NCBI RefSeq assembly: GCF_048549895.1
Contig: NZ_JBLYYB010000011.1
Coordinates: forward strand, 7,617-71,616
Length of the DNA: 64,000 nt
Origin: Hydrogenophaga sp.
Lineage (GTDB): Bacteria; Pseudomonadota; Gammaproteobacteria; Burkholderiales; Burkholderiaceae_C
Direction of reading: 5' to 3'
Below are positions 56,542 through 64,000 of this stretch, in pieces (the stretch's first letter is position 1; each line of letters starts with the position of its first letter). The position numbers were made by a program, and so were the translations under genes. The notes beneath the pieces were generated by a model. The model had not been told where the DNA came from. It was given only the letters and a program-made list of their open reading frames with translations, and made no database searches.

Positions 56542-57444
56542 ATGAGTTTCGATATTGCAGTGATGCAGATGTTCAACGGGGTCAGCCTGTTCAGCATTCT
56601 GTTGCTGATGGCGATCGGTTTGGCCGTGGTGTTCGGTCTCATGGGCGTGATCAACATGGCCCATGGGGAGTTGATGGCTCTGGGTGCGTACATGACATAC
56701 GTGGCATCGCTGGCCTTCGAGCGCTGGGCGCCAGCCTGGATGGATGTTTACCTGTTTGCCGCCATACCCTTCGCGTTCCTGGTGACCTTTGCGTTTGGCT
56801 ACGCACTGGAACGCGGCTTCATCCGCTTTTTCTACAACCGTCCGCTGGACACGCTGCTTGCCACGTGGGGCTTGAGCCTCATCATGCAGCAAACCTACCG
56901 CACCGTTTTCGGCGCACAGGAGGTCAGCGTGCCGCTGCCCAGCTGGCTCGCCGGCGCCTGGGAGCCGGTGGTGGGCATACAGCTGCCGATCACGCGCATC
57001 TTCATCGTTGGTCTGACGATCACGGTCGCAGTGGCGGTCTACCTGTTGTTGTACCGGACCCGCTGGGGCGTGAAGGTTCGCGCCGTGACGCAGAACCGCG
57101 CGATTGCCGGCGCCACGGGCATCAATACCCAGCGCGTTGATGCCCTCACGTTTGCGCTGGGTTCGGGTCTGGCCGGTATTGCCGGCTGTGTGTTCACCAT
57201 GATCGGCTCCACCAACCCGGGCACCGGCCAGCTCTACATCGTCGATTCCTTCATCGTCGTGGTTTTCGGTGGCGTGCAGAGCCTTGCGGGCACAGCGCTG
57301 TCTGCTTTTGCCATCGCTCAGACGCAAACGTGGCTGGAGTTCCTCATGAGCGGATCGATGGCCAAAGCCACCATCCTGTTGCTTGTCATCGTGGTTCTCT
57401 ACTTCCGACCGAATGGCCTGTTTGCTTTGCGCACCCGGAGTTGA
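56542..57444 (+). CDS. urtB: Urea-type ABC transporter permease UrtB
   Basis: LLLMAIGLAVVFGLMGVINMAHGELMALGAY. Confidence 0.88.
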   Translation: MSFDIAVMQMFNGVSLFSILLLMAIGLAVVFGLMGVINMAHGELMALGAYMTYVASLAFERWAPAWMDVYLFAAIPFAFLVTFAFGYALERGFIRFFYNRPLDTLLATWGLSLIMQQTYRTVFGAQEVSVPLPSWLAGAWEPVVGIQLPITRIFIVGLTITVAVAVYLLLYRTRWGVKVRAVTQNRAIAGATGINTQRVDALTFALGSGLAGIAGCVFTMIGSTNPGTGQLYIVDSFIVVVFGGVQSLAGTALSAFAIAQTQTWLEFLMSGSMAKATILLLVIVVLYFRPNGLFALRTRS

Positions 57445-57447
57445 ACC

Positions 57448-58491
57448 ATGCAAGACAACAAACACAAGCGCAGCTTCATCTCCACCATCGTTTTGATCGG
57501 TCTCTTGGTGGTGGTGCTGCCACTCGTGCTGGATCCATTTCGCCTGAACCTGATCGGAAAGTACCTGGCTTTCGCCTTTGTTGCGCTTGGCATCGTGCTG
57601 ACCTGGGGCTACGGGGGCATCTTGAGCCTGGGTCAGGGTGTGTTCTTCGGTCTCGGTGGTTACATGATGGCGATGTTTCTGAAGCTCGAAGCTTCAGCAC
57701 CCGAACTTCCGGATTTCATGGTCTGGAGCAGTGTGGAGCAACTGCCAACCTGGTGGATTCCTTTCAAATCCCTGGGGCTCACAGTGCTGTGCATCGCGGT
57801 GATTCCCGTTGTATTGGCCTACGTGTTCTCGTACGCGATCTTTCGCCGTCGGGTCAGTGGCGTGTACTTCGCCATCGTGACGTTGTCCCTGGCGCTCACC
57901 CTCACCGTTGTGGTGGTCGGCCAGCAAGGGGACACGGGCGGCGCCAACGGCATCACGGATTTTCGAACTTTGCTCGGCATGGACATCCTCTCCGATCACT
58001 CGCTGAGGACGCTGTATTTCGTCGAAGTCGCGGTGCTGTCGCTGGCCATGCTGTTGTCACTGGCGGTGGTGCGCAGCCGCTTCGGCAAGATCCTGATCGC
58101 CATTCGAGACCGCGAAGACCGTGTGCGCTTCAGTGGCTACGACACTGCGCACATGAAGGCGTTTGTCTTTGCCTGTGGAGCCTTGCTGGCTTCCTTGGGT
58201 GGAGCATTTTTCACCCTTCAAGTCGGTCTCATCGCCCCCAGTGTCATCGGTGTCGTGGCGTCGGTGGAAATGGTGATCTACGCCGCCGTGGGAGGACGCA
58301 TGTCTGTGCCAGGTGCTGTCGTTGGAGCCTTGCTCATCGGCTTCCTCAAGTCGTATTTGTCGGAGGCATTTCCCGAGGGTTGGCTCTACTTCCTGGGAGG
58401 TGTCTTCATCCTGGTGGTGTGGGTCATGCCCAACGGGTTGGCGGGGCTCATGGACCAGTGGTCCAACCGCCGTCGTCGCAGGGCTGCGTGA
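57448..58491 (+). CDS. urtC: Urea-type ABC transporter permease UrtC
   Basis: GGILSLGQGVFFGLGGYMMAMFLK, in a polytopic protein. Confidence 0.88.
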   Translation: MQDNKHKRSFISTIVLIGLLVVVLPLVLDPFRLNLIGKYLAFAFVALGIVLTWGYGGILSLGQGVFFGLGGYMMAMFLKLEASAPELPDFMVWSSVEQLPTWWIPFKSLGLTVLCIAVIPVVLAYVFSYAIFRRRVSGVYFAIVTLSLALTLTVVVVGQQGDTGGANGITDFRTLLGMDILSDHSLRTLYFVEVAVLSLAMLLSLAVVRSRFGKILIAIRDREDRVRFSGYDTAHMKAFVFACGALLASLGGAFFTLQVGLIAPSVIGVVASVEMVIYAAVGGRMSVPGAVVGALLIGFLKSYLSEAFPEGWLYFLGGVFILVVWVMPNGLAGLMDQWSNRRRRRAA

Positions 58492-59300
58492 TGAATGTCA
58501 GCGCCGCTCTTCCACGAGTCCCACGCAACGGTACAAATTCCATGTCCCAAACGGCATCCCATGCGAGTGAAAAAGTGCTCGTCGTCGAAGACCTCACGGT
58601 CTCGTTCGATGGTTTCAAAGCGGTGGACTCCCTGAGTCTTTCTGTGGATCGAAACGAGCTGCGCGTGATCATCGGACCCAACGGCGCAGGCAAAACCACG
58701 TTGCTCGACATGATCTGCGGAAAGACCAAGCCGACGTCGGGGCGGGTGATGTTCAACGACAGGGACATCACACGCCTGACCGAGCACCAGATTGTGCGGG
58801 CGGGCGTGGGTCGCAAATTCCAGACGCCTTCGGTTTACGAGGACCTCACGGTGCTCGAAAACCTCGAAATTTCCCTGCCTCGCAAGCACGGTGTCTTTCA
58901 GTCTCTGACCTTTCGGCGAACGCCCGAGGTCATGGACCGCATTCACGCGATGGCCGAGAAGATCTATCTCATCGAGGCCATCCACAACCGCGCAGGCCAG
59001 CTCAGCCATGGACAAAAGCAGTGGCTGGAAATCGGGATGTTGCTCATGCAGGAGTCATCCCTGCTGCTGCTCGACGAACCCGTGGCGGGCATGAGTCCTC
59101 GTGAGCGCGAGCAGACCGGTGACTTGCTCAGTCTCATCGCTGCCGGCAAGTCCGTGATCGTGATCGAGCACGACATGGACTTCGTCAAGCGCATTGCGCA
59201 CAAGGTCACCGTGCTCCATCAGGGAAAGCTTTTGAGCGAAGGCAGCGCAAGTGAGGTTCAGCAGGATCCCCGCGTCATCGACGTTTATCTTGGCCATTGA
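58491..59300 (+). CDS. urtD: Urea-type ABC transporter ATP-binding protein UrtD
   Basis: ATG 58491 overlaps the urtC stop by 1 nt. Walker A GPNGAGKTT, signature LSHGQKQWL, Walker B LLLLDEP. The track ORF (from 57330) is an out-of-frame overextension across urtC. Confidence 0.88.
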   Translation: MNVSAALPRVPRNGTNSMSQTASHASEKVLVVEDLTVSFDGFKAVDSLSLSVDRNELRVIIGPNGAGKTTLLDMICGKTKPTSGRVMFNDRDITRLTEHQIVRAGVGRKFQTPSVYEDLTVLENLEISLPRKHGVFQSLTFRRTPEVMDRIHAMAEKIYLIEAIHNRAGQLSHGQKQWLEIGMLLMQESSLLLLDEPVAGMSPREREQTGDLLSLIAAGKSVIVIEHDMDFVKRIAHKVTVLHQGKLLSEGSASEVQQDPRVIDVYLGH

Positions 59301-59312
59301 AGAGAGAACAGC

Positions 59313-60002
59313 ATGTTGGAGATTTCTCAACTCAATGTCGCCTACGGCGAGTCCCATGTGATCCACGATGTGTCGTTCAAGGTGGGGCCGCGGGAGTCTG
59401 TGGCCATCATGGGTCGCAACGGGATGGGAAAGACCACCTTGCTCAAGTCCCTGATCGGGCTGCTGCCGGTACGTTCGGGTGCGATCCGGTTGGATGGCGC
59501 TGAGATGGTCGGGCAGCCCAGCTACCGTCGCGTGCAACACGGCATGGCCTTCGTGCCGCAGGGCCGCATGGTGTTTCCTTTTCTCTCGGTGGAGCAAAAC
59601 ATCCTCTGCGGTGCCGAGCACTCAGGGTATCGGCAGGTACCCGACTACATCTACCAGTTCTTCCCGGTGCTGAAGGACATGAAGCAACGCAAGGCAGGGA
59701 ATCTTTCGGGTGGTCAACAGCAGATGCTGGCCATCTCGCGAGCCTTGGTGTCCGATCCGAAAGTTCTGATTCTTGATGAACCCACGGAAGGCATCCAGCC
59801 TTCAATCATCAAGGAAATTGCACAGACCCTCAACGTTCTTCGCCATGAGCGGGGATTTGCCGTCGTGGTGTCTGAGCAGGTACTGAGTTTTGCCCTGGAT
59901 CTGGCTGACCGGTTTCTGGTCATCGATCGCGGGCGGATCGTGCACGAAGAAATGCGTGCAGAGCTCAATCAGGAAAAAGTGAAGTCGTTCCTGACCGTTT
60001 AA
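59313..60002 (+). CDS. urtE: Urea-type ABC transporter ATP-binding protein UrtE
   Basis: Walker [10 protein letters not shown], signature LSGGQQQML, Walker B VLILDEP. Confidence 0.88.
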   Translation: MLEISQLNVAYGESHVIHDVSFKVGPRESVAIMGRNGMGKTTLLKSLIGLLPVRSGAIRLDGAEMVGQPSYRRVQHGMAFVPQGRMVFPFLSVEQNILCGAEHSGYRQVPDYIYQFFPVLKDMKQRKAGNLSGGQQQMLAISRALVSDPKVLILDEPTEGIQPSIIKEIAQTLNVLRHERGFAVVVSEQVLSFALDLADRFLVIDRGRIVHEEMRAELNQEKVKSFLTV

Positions 60003-60028
60003 CCCCCAACCCCTCCCAGGAGATTTTC

Positions 60029-61066
60029 ATGAGACATGGTGACATTTCCAGCAGCAACGATTGTGTCGGCGTCGCGGTCGTCAACTACAAGATGCCCCGC
60101 CTGCACACCACAGCAGAGGTGTTGGCCAATGCGCGCGCCATTGGTGAGATGCTGGTCGGCATGAAGAAGGGACTGCCAGGCATGGATCTGGTGATCTTTC
60201 CCGAGTATTCAACGCATGGAATCATGTACGACTCGAAAGAGATGTACGAGACCGCTTCGACGGTTCCAGGCGCTGAGACGGAAATTTTTGCCGAGGCTTG
60301 CCGCAAGGCCAATGTCTGGGGCGTGTTTTCGTTGACGGGAGAGCGTCACGAAGAACACCCCAACAAGGCACCGTACAACACGCTCATTCTGATGAACAAC
60401 AAGGGGGAGATCGTTCAAAAGTACCGAAAGATCATGCCCTGGGTTCCCATCGAGGGTTGGTATCCCGGCGACTGCACGTATGTCTCCGAAGGTCCGAAGG
60501 GCATGAAGATGAGCTTGATCATCTGCGACGACGGCAACTACCCTGAGATCTGGCGTGATTGCGCCATGCGTGGCGCTGAACTGATCATCCGTTGCCAGGG
60601 TTACATGTATCCCGCCAAGGAACAGCAAATCATGGTCTCCAAGACCATGGCCTTCCTGAACAACACCTACGTGGCGGTGGCCAACGCGGCTGGTTTCGAC
60701 GGTGTGTATTCGTACTTTGGCCACTCGGCAGTGATCGGCTTCGATGGGCGCACGTTGGGCGAGTGCGGTGAGGAAGAGATGGGCATCCAGTACGCTGAAC
60801 TCTCCATGAGCCTGATCCGTGACGCGCGCAAAAACGGGCAATCGCAAAACCACCTGTTCAAACTGGTGCACCGGGGCTACACCGGGTTGATCAACTCTGG
60901 CGATGGCGACAAAGGCGTGGCGGCATGCCCGTACAACTTCTATGCCAACTGGATAAACGACCCTGAAGGAACGCGCGAAATGGTGGAGTCGTTCACCCGC
61001 ACCACCGTGGGCACGGAGGAATGCCCGATCGAAGGCATCCCCAACGCTGCGACCAAGCACCGCTGA
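60029..61066 (+). CDS. amiE: Aliphatic amidase (acylamide amidohydrolase, nitrilase superfamily)
   Basis: [27 protein letters not shown]...[14 protein letters not shown]...[13 protein letters not shown]...[19 protein letters not shown] closely follows the Pseudomonas aeruginosa AmiE sequence as I remember it. The length (345 aa) also fits. Confidence 0.93.
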   Translation: MRHGDISSSNDCVGVAVVNYKMPRLHTTAEVLANARAIGEMLVGMKKGLPGMDLVIFPEYSTHGIMYDSKEMYETASTVPGAETEIFAEACRKANVWGVFSLTGERHEEHPNKAPYNTLILMNNKGEIVQKYRKIMPWVPIEGWYPGDCTYVSEGPKGMKMSLIICDDGNYPEIWRDCAMRGAELIIRCQGYMYPAKEQQIMVSKTMAFLNNTYVAVANAAGFDGVYSYFGHSAVIGFDGRTLGECGEEEMGIQYAELSMSLIRDARKNGQSQNHLFKLVHRGYTGLINSGDGDKGVAACPYNFYANWINDPEGTREMVESFTRTTVGTEECPIEGIPNAATKHR

Positions 61067-61103
61067 GCGAGAAACGCGTCTTCTTCATCTTCAGGATCCC
61101 TTC

Positions 61104-61910
61104 ATGTCCACAGCACTCGACGAGTACCTCATCCGCATCGAACCGTTCTACCAGGCCGCAGGCCCCGAGATCGAGTGTTACGAGCGCGCTTACGCGCATC
61201 GGATGCCGTTGATGCTGAAAGGTCCTACCGGATGTGGGAAGACGCGTTTCGTCGAATACATGGCGTGGAAGCTGCAGCGCCCGTTGGTGACGCTGGCCTG
61301 CAACGAAGACATGACGGCGTCCGATCTGATCGGGCGCTATCTCCTGGATGCAGACGGAACCGCTTGGCATGACGGCCCCATGACGCTCGCGGTGCGCCAC
61401 GGTGGCATCTGTTACCTCGACGAGGTGGTGGAGGCTCGCCAAGACACCACGGTGGTGATCCACCCGCTCACCGATGCGCGCCGCATCCTCCCGCTGGACA
61501 AAAAAGGTGAGGTGGTGAGAGCCCACCCGGACTTCCAGTTGGTGGTGTCGTACAACCCGGGCTATCAGAGCAGCTCCAAAGACATGAAGCCATCAACGCG
61601 GCAGCGGTTTGCCTCGTTGGAGTTTGACTACCCACCCGAGGACAAGGAAGTCGGCATCGTGGCGCACGAAGCCGGGATATCCGAGGTGCTTGCCCGGCAG
61701 TTGGTCACCATCGCTCACTGCACCCGGGCACTGAAGCAAAAGGGATTGGACGAAGGCGTGTCCACTCGCATGCTCATCTACGCCGGCATCCTCATCCGGG
61801 ACGGCATGTCGGAAGCCCAGAGTTGTGACATGACGATGATCCGCCCACTGACAGACGATCCCGACATGGCGCTGGCCATCCGCAATTTCGTCACGGCCCA
61901 GTTTGGATGA
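61104..61910 (+). CDS. CbbQ/NirQ/NorQ/GvpN-family (MoxR-class) AAA+ ATPase
   Basis: Walker A LKGPTGCGKTRF, Walker B ICYLDEVVEA. The 268-aa length is typical of CbbQ/NorQ. The stop overlaps the start of the next gene. Confidence 0.88.
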   Translation: MSTALDEYLIRIEPFYQAAGPEIECYERAYAHRMPLMLKGPTGCGKTRFVEYMAWKLQRPLVTLACNEDMTASDLIGRYLLDADGTAWHDGPMTLAVRHGGICYLDEVVEARQDTTVVIHPLTDARRILPLDKKGEVVRAHPDFQLVVSYNPGYQSSSKDMKPSTRQRFASLEFDYPPEDKEVGIVAHEAGISEVLARQLVTIAHCTRALKQKGLDEGVSTRMLIYAGILIRDGMSEAQSCDMTMIRPLTDDPDMALAIRNFVTAQFG

Positions 61911-63616
61911 CCGTGTCGCCTCACGTGAGCTCCGCGCTGTCGGGCATTGAGCCTTTGTCAGGTCTGTTGCCAGCGTTGCGCTTGCTGGCGCATGGGCTGA
62001 GCAACGGTCAGATTGCGGTGGAAGACAACGATGAAACAGGGCGCATACGACGCGCTGTGCTCACATCCACCCAGCTCTTGATCAGTAGCCGCCAAATGGA
62101 TGAAAAGCCGGCCATGCCTGAGCGGCTGTTCGGGTTGTTGCGCGCGACGGTGGCCCATGGCGTGGCCCACCGTCGGTTCTCCCAGCCGGCCCTTCCGTCT
62201 CACGCGTTGAAACCCTTGGGGCTGGCCGTTGTCTCCGCGATTGAAGACGCCCGAGTCGAGCGCCTGTTGTGGCGCCGATATCCAGGTATTCGCCACTGGT
62301 TTCTGGAGCAGCTGGCTCCGGTGCCTGATCCGGGTGACCTGAGCTTTGAAGCACTCGTGTCACGCATGGATCGCATCTTGCTGGACCCTGATTACAGCGA
62401 TGACAACCACTGGGTCAACAAGGCAAAAAGACTGTTCGAAGAGGTGGCCTCCGTGCATGGGCTGGAGGCCTACGCCGAGTTTCGTGCGATCGCTTCCATC
62501 CTGGCCAACGATCTGGGCCAGATGCGGGTTCGTTTCGATCCGCAGCACCACGTCGTGCCCTCGCCCTATCGGGATGACAACAGCTACTTGTGGACCTTTC
62601 CCGAAAACAACCAGGCTCAGGACGAAGCGATCTCCTCACCCCAGGCGGCTGCTCCCCGCCCAGCGAATGTGGCCCCTGGTGAGGGGTCCACATTGCTTCA
62701 GGACAACCAGGAGGAAGTGGAACTCGGCAGGTTTGTGTACCCCGAGTGGCACCACGTGCTGGAACTCTGGCGCCACAACTGGTGCACCGTGCTGGAAAAG
62801 CTGCCAGGCAGCTCAGTCCAGGGTCCATCACAAGGAGGCATTGCTGCTGCCCACTCCTTCAAGCCAATGACCCTTCGTCGCCTGCGGCGATTGAGCCGCC
62901 GGCACCGGCTGCGACGGCAGTGGGAGGGCGATGACATCGACCTGAACGCTGCAATCGAAGTGTTGGTTGATCGTCGCCTCAGCCTTCAGCCTGAGCCGCG
63001 TTTGTTCATGCGTGCAGGTCGGGAGACGGGAGCTTCCAGCATTCTCGTGCTGCTCGATCTTTCCGAGTCGACCAACGAACCTTGCGGTTCTTCAGGACAG
63101 ACCTTGCTGGATATCGAGAAGCAGGCGGCCTTCATGCTGGCAGACGCGACCGCCAACACCGACGACCGCATTGCCATACATGGATTCAGCTCCAACACGC
63201 GCGCGCAGGTGGACTACCACCGGATGCTTGAGTTCGGAGTGCCACTGCAAGGCCCAGCCCGATCTCGCCTGGCCTCCGTGCCGGGGCGCCACTCGACCCG
63301 GATTGGAGCGGCACTCCGTCATGCCAGCGCCTTGTTGCAGGATGAGGGGGACAATCAACGCGCGATCTTGCTCGTGACCGACGGCGCGCCAGCAGATGTG
63401 GATGTGTTCGACTCCGAGTACCTCACAGAAGATGCGCGGGTGGCGGTGATGCAAGCCCGTGTGGCTGGCGTGCGGGTTTTTTGTATTGCAGTGGATGGCC
63501 AGGCCGACCATTACGTTCGCAGAATATTTGGCTGGCGGGACTATTGCATCGCCGAGAACGCCTCTTCCCTTCCCACGCAGCTGCAAAGGGCTTATGCCCG
63601 ACTGGTCGGAGGATGA
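61907..63616 (+). CDS. VWA domain protein of the CbbO/NorD type (partner of the preceding AAA+ ATPase)
   Basis: C-terminal VWA domain with the MIDAS motif LVLLDLSESTNE ... TRIGAALRHA ... ILLVTDGAPADVD. The start makes an ATGA overlap with the ATPase gene. Confidence 0.85.
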   Translation: MTVSPHVSSALSGIEPLSGLLPALRLLAHGLSNGQIAVEDNDETGRIRRAVLTSTQLLISSRQMDEKPAMPERLFGLLRATVAHGVAHRRFSQPALPSHALKPLGLAVVSAIEDARVERLLWRRYPGIRHWFLEQLAPVPDPGDLSFEALVSRMDRILLDPDYSDDNHWVNKAKRLFEEVASVHGLEAYAEFRAIASILANDLGQMRVRFDPQHHVVPSPYRDDNSYLWTFPENNQAQDEAISSPQAAAPRPANVAPGEGSTLLQDNQEEVELGRFVYPEWHHVLELWRHNWCTVLEKLPGSSVQGPSQGGIAAAHSFKPMTLRRLRRLSRRHRLRRQWEGDDIDLNAAIEVLVDRRLSLQPEPRLFMRAGRETGASSILVLLDLSESTNEPCGSSGQTLLDIEKQAAFMLADATANTDDRIAIHGFSSNTRAQVDYHRMLEFGVPLQGPARSRLASVPGRHSTRIGAALRHASALLQDEGDNQRAILLVTDGAPADVDVFDSEYLTEDARVAVMQARVAGVRVFCIAVDGQADHYVRRIFGWRDYCIAENASSLPTQLQRAYARLVGG

Positions 63617-63737
63617 AGCACTCTCGACATGTGCTGCCACGGGTTTGTTGTCAAGATGAGGATGTTCGCAAACATGCGAGAAAAGCTTTTGCCGTGCAAA
63701 CGGTGCGGGTGCGGCGCGAGCCGCGAAGGGGAGCCGA

Positions 63738-64000
63738 ATGGCCAATAAAGACCCTGTGAGGGTCGGCATATTGTTTTCTGAGACGGGTGTGACGTCGACC
63801 ATCGGCTTGTCGCAGCTGCATGGTGCTCTCTTGGCTGTTGATGAAATCAACGACTCGGGTGGCATCGATGGCCGGGAGCTGCAGCCCGTGCACTACGACC
63901 CTGAATCCAATCCGTTTCGCTACGCTGAGTTGACCGAACGCCTCATCCACCGCGACGGCGTGAATGTGATTTTTGGTTGTTACATGTCCAGCAGTCGGAA
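63738..64000 (+). CDS. amiC: AmiC-type amide-binding negative regulator of amidase expression (5' part; continues beyond the window)
   Basis: My own translation is MANKDPVRVGILFSETGVTSTIGLSQLHGALLAVDEINDSGGIDGRELQPV...VIFGCYMSS. This matches the P. aeruginosa AmiC N-terminus pattern (LFSETGVT...GALLAV...GCYMS). There is no stop in the window, so it is absent from the track. Confidence 0.8.
   Translation, partial: MANKDPVRVGILFSETGVTSTIGLSQLHGALLAVDEINDSGGIDGRELQPVHYDPESNPFRYAELTERLIHRDGVNVIFGCYMSSSR

Noticed and set aside
57330-58490. N-terminal 387 codons of the 656-aa track ORF 57330-59300
   Set aside because: This part overlaps urtC in another frame and translates to Arg/Gly/His-rich sequence. 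The real UrtD starts at ATG 58491, where the ABC ATPase motifs begin.

Overview
High-GC (hand-sampled rows about 55-70% GC) proteobacterial chromosome segment. The Bug/TctC-family binding protein, many LivK-type ABC systems and the codon bias suggest Burkholderiales/Comamonadaceae; that is an inference only. There are no rRNA, tRNA, CRISPR or intact mobile elements. Content, left to right: (1) A giant minus-strand ORF (1-6648) that runs off the left edge and is absent from the ORF track because it has no stop in the window. It encodes a secreted heme peroxidase ('long peroxicin') with two complete peroxidase domains separated by RTX Ca-binding repeats. (2) A small exported protein and a Crp/Fnr regulator-Cfa-like methyltransferase operon. 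(3) A 4-gene signalling cassette: a PAS histidine kinase, a HisKA_3 protein with a degenerate ATPase domain, a NarL-type response regulator and a CheB-CheR-PAS fusion, with no MCP/CheA/CheW in the window. (4) A host-attachment-protein gene with an FNR-type box, followed by a truncated phosphoribosyltransferase stub. (5) A GntR-controlled TRAP transporter plus a complete L-threonate/D-erythronate (ltnD-denD-otnK-otnC-otnI) catabolic operon. (6) A hybrid sensor kinase and a Tat-exported amidohydrolase. (7) A LivKHMGF-type ABC system with an acyl-CoA ligase. (8) An AraC regulator plus a molybdenum hydroxylase (L-M-S), CoA ligase and crotonase cluster in the gene order of the furoate hmfABCDE pathway, followed by a second LivKHMGF system. 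(9) A LeuCD-like dehydratase, Bug-family binding protein and LysR unit. (10) A decayed IS3 orfA remnant and a compositional drop. (11) A urtABCDE-type transporter fused into one operon with aliphatic amidase amiE, a CbbQ/NorQ-type AAA+ ATPase, a CbbO/NorD-type VWA protein and the start of amiC. The most unusual items are the CheB-CheR/pseudo-kinase cassette, the AAA+/VWA pair inside the amidase operon, a possible ANTAR-type promoter-hairpin-terminator leader upstream of urtA, and the internally duplicated double peroxidase. All functional calls rest on motif recognition by eye; no database searches were run.
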